Shown one piece after another: positions 39,232 to 53,306 of a DNA stretch of 64,000 nt. The stretch is from Monocercomonoides exilis PA203 (lineage: Eukaryota > Protista > Preaxostyla). The stretch is taken from NCBI GenBank assembly GCA_001643675.2, contig LSRY02000070.1, positions 124,001-188,000 on the forward strand, in the 5' to 3' direction. The position numbers and the translations under genes are program-made. Position 1 is the first letter of the stretch, and every line of letters begins with the position of its first letter. The notes beneath the pieces are model-generated. The model saw only the letters and a program-made list of their open reading frames with translations, was not told where the DNA came from and ran no database searches.

Positions 39232-40636
39232 GAGAACAGCGAGCTTTCACAGTTGGTCGATCTTTCTGATCCGAATGTGGATGTTGTGTTTGTGTCGCCT
39301 GCGGAGATTCTGGCAGAAGATGTAGAGTATCTCAAAAAGCTTCTTATTGCTGGGGCAGTGCAGCATTCGTCTCTTCTCTCAGCACTTTCGTCTTCTTCGC
39401 CATCTTCACTTGAACAGCATGTGGGTTATGTTGGCTGTTCCGGAGGTGAAGAAGCAAAGAGAAGAAGGCAGCAGGAGATGATGAACCATTTTCATCTTCA
39501 TCTTCATCTTCATCATCAGCACCTACAATTGACCCTTCAGATGCCTCGGCGGCGGAGGCGTCAAACAAGTCCGCTGGAGCGATGGACTACATCGAGAGGC
39601 GGCTGGAGTGTATGAAAATTACAGACAGTCGTAACTGAGGAAGCAACAGACGCTTCGAGGGATATGTTGTGGCGTGACATAGCTTGTTGCATTGTATGGG
39701 GGTGTTGTGTGTGCATACGATGTGGCGCTTTCTGCGATGCTTTCGGTTCCGCTGGTGGCACAGCTTCCGTCGCTTGCAGTGTAAGTTGGCACGAAGTCGG
39801 GGAGCAAGCGGATCTTTACAGAGGCAGATGTGAATGCGCTCCCATTGATCTGCGATCTGTTTGACCCTTCACTGCAGATATGGTGATCTCTGCAGTCGAG
39901 GCATGTGGAGGTGAAGCTGGACGAGGAAGTGATGGGGCGAGGGATTGCAGCGTGTGAAGTGGGGGAGATTGTGGAGAAGTAAATTGAGGCGGCGGGGCTG
40001 AGGATGGAGGATGTGGTTCTGTCACCAGCAGCGATTGCGCTGGCGGTGCTGGAGGAGCGGGAAGAGTCAGAGGAAGGAGAAAAGGGAGGCAAAGAGGGAG
40101 AAGAAGAGGGAGAAGAAGATGGAGGCAAAGATGGAGGGAGAGAGGGAGGTGATGGGAATGAGGAGAAAGGCGGGTATCCGACAGCGCACAGAGAGTTTGT
40201 GGAGAGAATCAAAGAGAACCAGGGGAAACTGGAAGAAGCGATGGCGCCGTTAATTGTGGAGGCGCTTGGGCTGAGTGTGCTGAGGTTTGTGAAGGCAGAG
40301 GTTGAGATGGGCGCAGACAAGCAGCATTCAGTTGAACCAGAAGTGTGCAGTTCTTCTCCATCTGATGGCATCCAACAGGAGAACAGGAGAGCAGAAGAAG
40401 AAGCAGCAGATGGGTCTTTGGGCATAACTTCAGATGGAAGTTCAGATGAATTGGAGAGAAATGAGGAACAGGTGGAAATGTCTGCGAATGGTTTGGAGAT
40501 GAATGAGGAGTCAGGGAGAGAGGGTAGTTCGAATGATTTGGAGAAGGAAGAAGAAGAAGAAGAAACAAGACAATTATGCACATTATCTGCAACCATCTTT
40601 CAACATCAATGGAGCACCCATTGGATCAGCCTATGA
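39232..40636 (+). pseudogene. IQCH-like fragment, copy 1 (stops and frameshifts)
   Basis: ENSELSQLVDLSDPNVDVVFVSP..VEYLKKLL and, in another frame, GTKSGSKRIFTEADV at 39788 match remembered IQCH-family motifs (DPNVDVIYVSP; TKSGSKRIF). Several in-frame stops. Confidence 0.6.
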
Positions 40637-40729
40637 AAAAACGCGGACAATTTGTCAGAGCCGACGACTCTCACAACCTCCTCACCCGTCCTCTCCCCAG
40701 CATTTGACTGCCTGATTTGAACAAACTCT

Positions 40730-42400
40730 TTTTCTATATTGAATCTATCATCACATGTTGAATGTACTGATCACTCTCGCTCTCCTCACTTCTGAATGCC
40801 TCCCCTTCTCCAAGCCCGTCAGCTGCGTCTCTACATCAAACACAGCACCAAACATTCGCCCAAGCGCATGTGCTCTTGTAGTCGCTGTGCAGTTTCTTAG
40901 AATCTCGTTCATGCTGGCTGCTTCTGTTTCTTCTCTGCTCTCTTGTGCTCAAACAACACAACGAGCATATGGAACTTATCCTTCACACCTTCCACAATTA
41001 TCTGATTCATATTTACACCATTTCTTATCCCATGCGGAAACAAGATCTCCAAATACTCCAGAGCCAGGAATCTCTTCATCGTTGGGCTTTTGCTGAATCT
41101 CCGCCATTTCATCCTTTCAATTGGCTGGCTTCTCGGAAGCTGTTCGTTTAGCTCGTCTGCACTGTCACCGCCTGCCCATCTGCAACACACACACACACAC
41201 ACACACATCATTCGCTGATTGCCTTTTTGGGTTAAGGCACTGCTCATCAGCCCTCAACCAGATAGAACAGCCACAAACACTCCGCTTTTCTGATAGAATT
41301 CTTTCTCTTCTTCTTCTCCCTCTTCCTCCTCTTATTCTTATTGCTCCACACAAATCAAACAACTTTCTTACACTCGCTTCATTATACTTGTCTTTTCCCT
41401 CAATTATAAACAAACTATTCGCTGATATTTTCAACAGCTCCACAACCCAAATCATTTCAATAATTCTATTCGTTGAAGGAATCCTCAAACACAGATCAAT
41501 TTCAACAGATGCAGCTGCTGCTCCATTCTCATCTTCTCTGCCTCCGCCTCAGTCTTCACAAACATGTGCTTCTCCAGTTCAGTCACCTCCACAACCATCT
41601 TCATCGTCGTTATTTGTTCTTCATCATTTTTTTTTTGAATTTCTTTCCGCATATCTTCTATCTGTCTTCTGTCGGATACCCGTCTTTCACTCCATTTCCT
41701 CCTCCTTCCTCTGCCTCCTCGCGCCCCTCCAGCGCTACCAGCGCAATTGCTGCTGGAGACAGAACCACATCCTCCATCCTCAGCCCCGCTGCAGACAGCT
41801 TCTTCTCCACAATCTCTCCCATATCACACACTGCAACCCCCCGCCCCATCACTTCGTCGTCCATCTTCACCACCACATGCCTCGACTGCTGTGATAGCCA
41901 TATCTGCAATGAAAGGTCAAACAGATCTTAGATCGATGGAAATGCGTTCACATCTGCCGCTGCAAAGATCCGCTTGCTCCTCGACTTCGTGCCCACAGAC
42001 GCTGCAAGCGATGGAAGCGGAACCACCTGCTAAACCGAAAGCATCTCCAAAAAGAACCACATCGTACGCGCACACAACATATTCATACAGCACCGCCCGC
42101 CGCGCCACAACATATCCCCGCTGCTACAGCAGCAGCTGCAGTGACAGCGGCATATTCCGCCCATTCACCCCAGCCGCCTCTCGATGTAGTCCATCGCTCC
42201 AGCGGACTTGTTTGACGCCTCCGCCGCCGAGGCATCTGAAGGGTCAATTGTAGGTGCTGATGAAGAAGATGAAGATGAAGATGAAGATGACTAATCATCT
42301 CCTGCTGCCTTCTTCTCTTCGCTTCTTCGCCTCCGGAATGGCAAAGTTGATCGACGTGCTGCTCCAGTTGAAGAAAGTGAAGAAGAGGAAGACGCAAAAC
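40730..42400 (-). pseudogene. IQCH-like fragment, copy 2 (inverted paralog of copy 1 plus further downstream sequence)
   Basis: 41665-42372 is a diverged reverse complement of ~39405-40185 (GTKSRSKRIFAAADV; AAGLRMEDVVLSPAAIAL). Assigning 40730-41665 to the same gene is less certain. Confidence 0.55.
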
Positions 42401-43536
42401 AAAAAGATTCTGACATGCTGCAACAGACTCCAGAAGGGTTTCGCTGTAAATTACTTCTCAAAATTACAACTCCTTTTGTGAAGCAAACACCAGATCCTCA
42501 TTCAAAAAGGAAAAGTTAATAAGCCACAAAAGCTAAAAGTTTTTGATTGACAGAAAAAATGGAACAAAGTCTTTTTTGGTAATGCGTTGATAAGAAATGA
42601 TATGGATAAGCAAAAATAATCCTTGGAACCAAAAGCGACTTGAGATTGGAGAGAAGATTTGAATCTTAAAATCAGAAATTAGTGGTTTTTTGGTTTTTTT
42701 ATTTCAGTGACTTTCATTGCGAAATTGCAGATATTTTTTCTTTATTATTATAACTTTGCATCAAATGTTTTTCATTCAGCACAAATTTTTATATGCAATT
42801 TTGTTATTTTGAGCAATAAATGTTTAATAATTCAAATCACAGAATTTTCATAAAAATTCTTCCAAGATATGCCATTTTCTCAGTTTTTTTTTTAACAAAT
42901 GGAATTTGTTTAAAAAGAGTTATCTTTTACAAATAAATAAAACAAAAATAACAAAAGAAAATGGATATTCTGAAAAATTGGAATGATAAGAGAAAATGAG
43001 TTTGCTTTTGTATTGTTTATGGACAAAAATTTTTAATAGCATATTCATGTGGGGCATAATTTTTTAATTTATGAAAAAAAACAAGTTTTGTTCCAAACTT
43101 ATTCTGCACACATATCACAATGTTTATAACATTATTATGCAAAAAAATATTTGAAATGGAATCCATAATAATAATTTATTTTCATTTTTGAAAACAAATG
43201 TGTTTTTAAAAGAAATATCAGGAGAATATTCATGAAAGGTGTGATTTGAATATTGTTTGCATTATAATATTATTTAAAAAGGAATAGAAGTTTCACTGAA
43301 TTGTCATTGCTTCTTTTATTGATTTCATATTAACAGGAACTATCTGCGTTCAATTATTGTAACAGAATGTGGATATTTTGTTCATTCGAGTTGATAATTG
43401 GATGAAGACACGATAATATGAGGATTTATTGAATTCTCAAAATTTTCAAGAAATATTTATAAGAAGAAGAAAAATCACTGTTTGTATGGAAATAGCTTCC
43501 TTTCTTTCTTTATCATTATCTTTAACATTTTCATCA

Positions 43537-46500
43537 TCAAAATGACTGCGAAATGATCGAATTAAATGCATCTTCTTGTGAAATTGGAATAGATGGAAGC
43601 GAAATTGTGAAAAAGGATGAATCCGAAGCAAAAAGAGGAGTCGGATTCGTTCCTTTCAAAATCATAAGAATGGAGAGAGAAGCAGACGCAGGCGGAGATG
43701 GGGCATTATACAGAAAAGAAATGAGAGAGGTCAACAACGCCATTGCTGCTTCACGAGGAACCGGAGGCAGCTCATCCTGACAAGCACTGTTAACATCCAG
43801 AGGAGCAAGAAAATACAGCGACTTCGCTGCAAATGTACACTTTCCCGACTGTTTTGACAGAGAAGGGGAAAGAAAGTCCTGGCAACGCCGAGTGTAATTG
43901 GCGAGGAGGAGCAGCCAAGAGCAAACAGGAGACAGAAAGCAAGCATCTCGCAGGAAGGCGAACAGAGGGACGAATTGGATGGCTTTCTTCTGCTTGGCAG
44001 GCAGAAGATCGAGCAGCGATGTGAAGAGGTAGAAGAGCTGCTGGAGCAGAATGGAGAGGTGCTGCTGTGATTGAGAGGCGTCTGCTTTGGACAAATACAC
44101 TGTAACTGATTTCAGAACAGCCGAAAGTGCGCAGAGGGGCACGCGGAAAAAACACAAGCACAACTGAGTGTCTTCGCAGCGTAAGAGAAAGGACTTCACA
44201 ATCGACGGAGCGCATGCAATGTCTTCAACCCCAGATTGTTCAGCTCCGCAGCAGTCATTGTATTCACTGCGGTAGATGCAGTTGAACTCTTCTGGTTTTG
44301 CTTCCGGGAAAGGCAGGCGTCTCGCTTTTTTGCTTCTCCGCTGAGCAACTAAGTTGTGATGTGCTTGATCAGTTTGAACGACAAGTCTGGCGAGCGGACA
44401 AGAATCTGCTCCAACTCCACGCTCCACTGCACAAACACCGCATGATGCACTGAATGGGAGAAGGTGTGAAGCAAAAAATGCACCCAGAAAAACATAAAGT
44501 CGCGGGAAAATGTCGGACCTTCCTGTGGCACGTTCAGAACACACATAGCCATAGAAGCTGAGGCAGATGAGGATGAAGATGATGAGATTTTGCCAGCAAG
44601 TTTCGTTTTAATCAAAGATGAAACAGTTGTTGCAGATGAAGCACCAGTTGATAATCTGGTGCTAGTTGCAGCTGTTGCTGCTTCCTCTTCTTCAGCGGAT
44701 TGTTCGCATCCAAACTGCTCAAACAGCCTTCTCACAAACGCAAAGAACGTGTTTGAGAAGATCTGCCTGTCTCTCACGATGCCCAGCTGCCTCACCAACA
44801 CACTCTCATCCACACTGCTCATCCCATCGAAAGACGATTTCATTGGCGAATGCTCTGTCAATGCGGAGTCTGCGAACACATCGTCATTAAAAGGAGAACG
44901 CATCTTCAGCGGAGACGTGTGGGGTGGTGGAGGATGCATTGCGAAAAGAGGAAAAGAACCGATTGCTTTCGATATAGTGGGAGGCAGATGGCTCCCTCTT
45001 GTTTTTTCTTTCAGCTTTGCCTGTGGAATCTGGCTGAGCAGCTGGCGCTCGAGGCTCCAGTCGTCCACCGGCTGCTTCCTCTCGTAGATGAGGATGTATG
45101 CAGAGTACGGCTTAACTGTGTCTGCCTCGCTCAGCAGGCTCAAGCGCTTGTACTTGAGGATCTCGGGATCAATCAGCGCTGTGTCGTCCAGGAAGCTCCC
45201 GCCAAAGGCCTCGGCTTTTAGTGTCTCGATGGCAGGAGAAGGGAGTAGCCTAACTCTGTCGTCGTTGAACTCGTACCACTGGTGCGGTGCATCCCTTTCT
45301 CGCACAAATGAGATGTAGGGTCCAGCATTGGCTTTCCCCAAGTGGTTGATGATGCCCTGCAGACGGTTTTTGTAGTAGCTCTCCGGACGCAGCTTTTCTT
45401 TGCTTTCGTCGTTATGCGGCACCTGCAGATTCTTCAGATTCTCTTTGCGTCCAATCTTTTCTAAGGTGATTGCTGTGTCAGCTTTGGAAAACCGCTTCAT
45501 ACTGTTTAGTTTTTCTTCCCTCACATGCATCGCCTCCCACGTAAATGGCTCGAGATCCAAGTCCTCCTCAATGGGGAACTCAAACTTGTCATTGATCTTC
45601 ACTCTGTTCCCAGTCAGCGGCTGGTAGTCAAAACGCCTGAGGAAAATAATGAGTATATTCAGCAGGTCTCTCAGAACTGTTTAGTTGATCACATCAGCCG
45701 TGCGAAACTTGCAACACTCTTCGCATTCGTAATTCCCAATCTTCGATCCAACCAACATCGACACCAATGACTCCACCAGATTCTTCTTCCCTTTCACATC
45801 CACCTCGAGCGCATAGAAGCCATCCGAATTCCACCGCTCGTGCCCGTATCTGCAGACATGCAAGTTCATCGCGTGACCCTTCAGAAAGTGTCTGACAAAG
45901 TTTGGAGCAGCCACTGCGTCCAAATGCATCTCCAGCTTGTCCACAAGACACATGAAGAACTCGTGGATGTAACAATGCACGCCATTCACCACCTGCTTCC
46001 TGTCCTGGTCGAGATACACCTCCAGAAACTGCTCAGCATCAATGAACTCCTTCATATTCGAGTTGTGCTGCAGCTCCCAGAAGAGATAGCGAACAGCTCT
46101 CCATACAGCGATGTTCTGCACTTTCTCCTCCTCTGTCTCGCTGCGCAGCCGCATCTTTGACATCTTCATCTCCAGCTCGTCTGGTTGGAGTGTGCTTGTT
46201 TATTTGCTCTTCTGCCACTCACTCAGCACGTATTCATGTGAAGGTCTTGCCAGCTTCTCCAGGGCGCTTCCTTGAAACTGCTCGCCTTCCCACAGAAGAA
46301 GCGTGGAGCGCAGCTGCGTGTGCATAAACAGCTGTTCAAACAGCGAGTTTATGCAGCACAGCGTGCCTGGATTCACAATCCCTCTGTATTTAACCTCTTC
46401 GCTTTTCTCAACCTTTTTCTCCTTCTTGTGCGACTTTGAAATCTGCTCGGCGGGTGTGAAGTGGAAAGACGTGTACGTGTTCTTGTAGTTCATCGTCTGC

Positions 46501-49500
46501 GCCTCGTTCAAAAGATGCAGCAGACGCTCTGTGTTTGCCTCATTTCCGCTGCACTGCGCAGCAATCAGACTCAAAATGGCCTTTCTGCTCTCTTCGTCTG
46601 CCACAAAATGGCTCTGAATGAGTTCCACTTCTAAGTTGCTACGTGAATGCGACGAGGTCAGCTTCTTCTGCGAATCGCACCGTGCAATGTTTGAGGGCAA
46701 ATATGAAGAAGAAGAAGCAGATACAGAGAAACTGCGCAGCATCTCTTTCCCAGCCATTCCTGGTGGTGAAGCACCCGTGGAAGCAGCAACAGCATTGAAT
46801 CCAGCAACCAGCTTGTCCATCCACAGATAATCAATGAGCATCAGCCCAAAGGACTTCTCCGGCAGCTTCAAGCCAACTTCTGTTTTGATCCATCTTTCCA
46901 GTTTCCTCAAATTATTTTCTGTTGTCCGGTTGCATGCGCAATGAAGCTGAGAAAGCTCGTTCAGAATGACTCTCAGAGCCACTGAGACAGGCAGAAGAGA
47001 CAGCTGGCGCTTCTTTGTGAGATTGTTCAGAGAAGACGATGAAGAGGATGAGGAAGTGGTGGAGGAAGAAGAAGGTGATGCTCCTGACAATTCATTGATG
47101 TCCTTATCATCATCATCATCATCACCTCCCACTGACAGACACCTCGGAACATCCATAATCACATCTGCCTGGTATTTTATAACAGCGCCAAGAGACTTAG
47201 CCACTCTTGCTGGTATAATCCCTGGCCACTTCATGTTTTTTTCGTTATTGTTCAGTGCAGAATTCAGCAGCTCAAAGAGCGAAGAGAACAAGACAGCAAC
47301 GTGGAGCTTCTGCATTCCCCGAGGCAAACAGGGACTGCCGAGAACGATGGAGGTTGAGGATATGTCCAGGAAGGAGGAGAGGAGAGAGACAAGAAGCGGC
47401 TCGTGTGGTGTGGAAGAAGAGCTGAAAGGTGAAAGAGCGTAAAGAGAATTGAAGAATGAAGAAGAAGAAGAAGGAGAAGATGAAGAAATAGGCAGTGTAA
47501 CAATAGCATTTAAAAAAGCAAAAGCAGAAAGTGGCTGAATGACGTCAGCAGTGTCTGCAACAGCGCAGAAGAAGAGAAAGAGAAATGGCTCGAATGCACT
47601 TGAAAGCAGAAGAGGAAGGACAAAAGAAGAGAACGAGCGGATCATCACGATGAGCAAAGCAAACAGCTGCTGAAGGGTTTCTTCGTCGCGTTCAAAGGAA
47701 GATGGAAGAGTTTCAGTAGAAACAGAGTTTGGCTACTGAGAGGAATGTCCGAAGGAGGAAAACAAGGAAGAGGAGGAAGAAGATGATGATAATGAGGAGG
47801 AGGAGGAGGAGGAGGAGGAGACAGAATGTGAAGATGAGCCATTTGAAGAGAAGCTGACAAGAACTCTTGCAGCATCCAGATATGATTCAATGAGTGCTGT
47901 TGATGAAACTTTTCGTTTCTTCACCAAAGATTAACCAGTAGCAGATAAAGAAGATATAGATGATGAAGATGAAGATGAAGAAGCAAATGAAGGCAAAGAC
48001 AACATTTGCCTATTAGCCAAAGCAGTAGACAACAAGGGATTAGAAAAGATTCCGTTGCAATGTTTTCAAACCCATCCTCTTAATGAAGTTTCTTCTTTGA
48101 TCCTTCTGTCTATTTCCTCTCAGAATCAGCAGTGAGCAAGAAAAGCAGACGAGGCACACGCAGTTCGCGCGGAGGGACACGCAGTTCAGCATTCAGAGAG
48201 AGGGAAGAGATATTCAATGGCTGGATAGCTACGGTGCATAGGTCGCTGAAAGCGAAAGATGAAGAAGAGGAAGAATATGATGAAGAAGAGGTAGATGGTT
48301 TATTGTTGGATAATTTTGGAGTCTGGAGAGTAGAAGAGAATGTTGCAGGCGACGAGAGAAGAGGCGTTTCCACAAAGGCAGACCCAGCATAGCACACAAA
48401 CAGCTGCATCAGCCTCAGAAATAAAAGAGAATCCATCTGAAAGAAAGAAGAAGAAGAAGAAGATGTTGTTGTTGTTGCTGCTGCTGCTGATGTTGTTCCT
48501 TTGTTTTCGCCCTTTCTGTCAGTTGAAATAGTAACAGACATTGGAACAAGGCTGAGCATCAGATGGAGTGTGGACTGAAACAATGACAGTTTTGAGATCA
48601 AAGCGCTTGCAGAAGAAGTAGAAGAAGAAGAAGAAGCCGACTTCTCCTTCTCCTTCTCCTTCTTCTTTGTCTTCACTTCCGCCTTTTGCGTACCTGCAGT
48701 CACCAGAAACGCAAACAGGATCTTCAGAATATGGCTGACAATTGTGCGAGAAAGCTGAGGTCTTTGCTGCTGTGAGCGATCGGTCAACGCTGTTGATGCC
48801 TTTGAGACTTTTGATGCTGTCGATGAAGAAGAAGAAGAATTCTCTGTCTCCATCAATCCCTGCAGCAGCAGCGCAGCCAATGCACTTAATCCTCCATTCA
48901 CCACAAACCCGCACCTCCACGTCTAGCCGTCTGTGGTGTCTTTTGGTGTTCCTTTTGGAAACCCTTCCCTCTCAGCTACCTTCAGCTCCTTCTCGCACTC
49001 GGCATTGACCTGCTCAAAGCTCATCTCTTGCTCCGTCTCCTCAATCAGCGTCATCACATCTGACAGCACAGCCACAAGACTAGCACTGGCTTCACTCACT
49101 GACTTCTTCGAAGAAGAAGAAGAAGAAGAAGACTTTGGAATAGGAGCCGTAAACAGCTCCTTCCAGTTTGTTTCGCAGTTTGCCTTGAGCAGCTCGCTGC
49201 GTTTCGTTTCCTGTGTTGGTATGCTTGCCTGGATCTCTTCGATCAACTTCAGGTGCTTCGGGTGCTTGTCCCTCACCACATTCAGCAGGTGCGACGCAGG
49301 CTGGAACATGGAGGCAATAAAAAACTGGTTGCAATCTCTCAGCATCTCCGACGACGTATCGGGTGATAGCAGCGCAGAGTGCTCTTTGCTTGCCTTCGGG
49401 TTGAGTGGGTCCTTCGAGTCTGGCTTGTGCTGCCCTTCGAACTCCTTCTTGTGCACGCTCACACTCAGCTCATACAAATGCTCCAGCCCTCCAACCTCAT

Positions 49501-49838
49501 CCAGCAAGGAACCTTTGCTGTTTGTGATGGCTTTTTTCCCCAACGACAGCACAATCGCCATCGCATGCTCGATTTTGTGGGCACTGGCTAACCTCAGCCG
49601 GAATGTCTGCACATCATCGTCACCAGAGAAGTCGATGTTGCTGCTGTCAAACGGGTCGATGCGGTTATCGTATGTGCGTACGCCACCCGCAGCGTTCTCA
49701 GTGAGTGGGATTAGCACTTTCATTGGGGAAGACACAAGAAATGGCCGCACCGATCGAAGCATGTTGGAGAGGAAACAGAAGCTGATGGCAACGCGACACT
49801 CAAATCATCAGCATAAACACTACACTATCATCTCGTGA
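43537..49838 (-). pseudogene. Large USP-family (C19; USP9/24/34-like) deubiquitinase, fragmented
   Basis: Cys box RGIVNPGTLCCINSLFEQLF, HEFF..LVDKLE, GNYECEEC, KINDKFEFP..LDLEPFT, His box LQGIINHLGKANAGPYISFV, WYEFND and SAYILIYER. These are spread over at least seven ORFs separated by stops and frameshifts in GC-richer coding-like sequence. Confidence 0.85.
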
Positions 49839-51354
49839 TGTTTGATCCACTTCACAAGAATCTTCTTCTTCTTCTTCTTCCTTCTAACTTTCTTTATTGC
49901 CTTCTACACAACCTGCCTCAACATTTCATGATGCCCAATCCCTTTACAGTTTCATTTTGAATCGAAGTGAATTGATTAACGTGTCCAATTGCTAATATAT
50001 GATGATATTCAAACATAATCGAAAAAAAGGAAGATAATAAAAAGGTAATACAAATGATTCACAAATCAAAAGTGTGTTTTTTTTTTCATTGTATTTATTT
50101 TGTGATTAACATTAATTATTTTGTTTTCCATAATATTTTTCTTTAAGAAGCGAAATGATTGGAAACTTTTTTGACTTGCCTCGTGCAAGCAAAACTCGCA
50201 AAGCTGATAAGGTTTTAGAAGCTTTGGAGGCTACTGCGCCGTCTGATCCCGTGGGGTGTTCACTTTATTTTATCTTTCACTACAAAAAAGGAAAGCCTTT
50301 CCAAGAGGCAATCCAGACCCGCTTTGAAGGTTTGCTTTTATATTTTTTTTTTCCATTAAACAAAAAATTAAATCTATTATGTTATTATAATTATAATATT
50401 ATCCAATATCTTTTTTAAAAGAAAAAATTGCAAGCTCAATTCAAAATATAGGTGAAGTGCGGAAAAGAAGCCCCTCGAACCTTCGTGTTGAGCTTCTTCG
50501 TTGCGTTTCTTCGTCTTTTTCAATTGCGGAATTGAACAAAAACGGCTGGGGCATAACTCCCGGTGAATATTACTATTCACAGGAGAAAAACAAAGCCCCA
50601 GCACCTACAGCTTTATCAACCAGTGATAAAGATGTTCTTTCAATTAGAAGTTTTTTTTATATTTATTTTTTTATATTAATTTTTTTTGCATTAATTATTT
50701 TTATTATTATTTTGTTTATTATTAAAAAAAAAAAATATGTATTTTTGAATGATATTTATTTTTTTTTAGATGAAAAAGAGTTTCAAACAGCAGAAAGCTG
50801 GCTTTTAAGCCATAGCTCTTGCAGCTGCGAAAACTCGAGAAGGAAAAAAACAAGTTTGATTATTGTTTAAATTTTTTTTCAATAAGTTTTTTTTAAATTA
50901 TCATAAATTATTGTTTTTGTCGAACTTTCAAACATATATTTAAGCTAACAATATTACAGAAAAACAAAATGCAGAAGTTAAGAAGCGATGTTGTGATGTA
51001 TGTTTTAAAAAAAATAAAAAAGAAGAATTAGAAAAAGAAAATACAGAAAATAAAAAACAAAATGAAATGAAAAAAATAAAAGAAAAAACAAACAATAAAA
51101 AAAAAGAAACTAAAAAAAAGAATGAAGTGATAATATTAAAAGATGAAAATAAGAAAACACAAAATTATAAAAAAGAAAATGAAAAATTAAAAGAAAAATT
51201 AATAAATAACAATATAAAAAATAAAAAGAGCAAAACAAATATATTTATCGACAATTCAATACTTATAAGCAATAATGAAAATTCAAATTTTATTAAACAA
51301 AAATTTATCAACACTTCATCATCATTCGTTGACGTGAGTTACGATCGAATCCAT

Positions 51355-51486
51355 TTGAGCACTGGGGGGAGTTCTGTGGCTGCGACAATGAGCACTGGGG
51401 GGAGTTCTGTGGCTGCGACTATGAGCACTGGGGGGATTGTTGAGGCTGCAACAATAAACACTGGGAGGAATTTTGGAATGTTAACA
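51355..51486 (+). repeat. 33-bp coding minisatellite (MSTGGSSVAAT), ~4 copies
   Basis: Units start at 51355, 51388, 51421 and 51454 (the last degenerate). Confidence 0.9.
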
Positions 51487-51822
51487 AAAGCGAAAATGTA
51501 CGTTATAATAAATGACTTTTATAATATTGAAGAAAAGAAAAAAAGAAAAGACAGAAAAGATAAAAAAGAAAATATTGAAAAAAATAAGAAAAATGAAGAA
51601 TATAAAAATAAAGATAAATTTGAAAAAAGAGAAAAAAATGAATATTATCTTAAAGAAAAAAATGATACTAAAAAATATACATATATACAAAATAACAACA
51701 ATAATACTAATTTTTATTATAATAACCTTTCAAGTCACAAATTTTCTTTTCTAAATTTTTATTCAAATTTAACTTTATGTCATATTGATACTTCTAATTT
51801 TTCCCGATTCTATGCTTGTGCT

Positions 51823-52191
51823 GATGGACTTGGAGCAGCGAGCGGGTCATTATCAGATGGACTTGGGGCAGCGAGCGGGTCATTATCAGATGGACTTGGG
51901 GCAGCGAGCGGGGCTAGTTCGGAAGGATTTGGGGATGTTTGCAGGGCTAGTTCGGAAGGATTTGGGGATGTTTGCAGGGCTAGTTCGGAAGGATTTGGGG
52001 ATGTTTGAAGGGCTGGCATGTTTAATGATGGAAGGGAGGAAAGGGCTTGTGCGTTTGATGCTGGAGTTGAAATGGAAAGAGAATTAGGTGGTGGAGGAAT
52101 TGTGATGGAGGAAGAGTTGGATGGAGGAGAAGGTGGAATGGAGGAAGAGTTGGATGGAAGAGAAGGTGGAATGGAGGAAGAGTTGGATGGA
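51823..52191 (+). repeat. 33-bp coding minisatellites (DGLGAASGSLS x3, EGFGDVCRASS x3, MEEELDGGEGG x4)
   Basis: Units start at 51823/51856/51889, 51922/51955/51988 and 52072/52105/52138/52171. Confidence 0.9.
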
Positions 52192-53259
52192 AATTTAGAA
52201 AATAGTATTTGTTTGTTGAAAAATATGAAAAGAAAAAGAAAAGGCTTTGGAGTTTTTTCTCCAAATGAAAAAAGATTAATTGAAAAAACAAAAAAAGATC
52301 TATTTAATGAAATGAAAAAAGAAATTAATTTAAAAATGTCTTATTCAACATTCTGCAAAAAAACAAGAAATTTTAAAAAATCAAAGAAAAGGACAGATTT
52401 ATGTGAAATTTGTGAAAGAGGAAATTTTTTGGAAAAGAAAAAGAAAGAAATAGAAAGAAAAGGACTTAAATTGGGCCAAACTGAAGATGATGAATTGAAT
52501 TTAATAATTCATCATCGAAAAATGGCCCAACATCAAAGAAATTATTTTAATGAAAAGAAAGAAAATTTAAAAAAAAATGAAGTTTTAATTTTAATGGATT
52601 TTAAAGAGAATTGGAGCTTGCCAATTTCAAATAATGAAACTGGTAAATCTTTCTTCAATAAAAAACAAATTTCACATTTATGTTTTGTTGTTTATTATCT
52701 TGATTGTTTTGGAGCTTAACAAAAATGTTGTTTCAATTTTTTTTCAGAAATTTTATCTCATGATTATCGATTTGTTTTGGAGTGTTTGAATAAGTTATTA
52801 CGTTTCGATATTTTTTCCAAAATTTATTCTTTTCATTTTTTCTGTGATAATGGTCCTCATTTTCGTTATTCACATATTTTTCTTTCACTATTTTCTCCTA
52901 ATTCTTTATTGTTTTTAAATAAACACTGCTCACTTTCATTTTTTGCCGAACATCACGGAAAAAATGAATGTGATAGTAAGTTTGGTTTTTTAACAAATTT
53001 AATAAATCATAAACTTGGAAATAGAGTTTTGAATAATATTTTTGATTTAATTGATTTTTTTTGTTATAATTGTGATTCATATTTATTTAACACAAATTGT
53101 GATAATTCTTCATTTTTCATTTCTGATTCTTTAAATAGTAACTCTAATTATTCTTCTAATATTTTTTCATCTTCTTCTCAAAACCAGGTAAAAAAGAATA
53201 ACGAAACGAAGCATAATTTTTTAAGGTTTGAATTTATTTAACTTATTTATTTATTTAAC

Positions 53260-53306
<47 letters not shown>

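Noticed and set aside
51355-52191. CRISPR-like array
   Set aside because: The repeats are directly tandem and coding, with no unique spacers, no cas genes and a eukaryotic context.
52006-52719. In-frame TGA/TAA as selenocysteine, readthrough or a TAR=Gln code (as in some oxymonads)
   Set aside because: Intact genes here end in TAA (NEK, RBR) and TGA (CK1). The TGA is a TGC>TGA change in one repeat unit, and pseudogenes contain all three stop types, so ordinary nonsense mutation is simpler.
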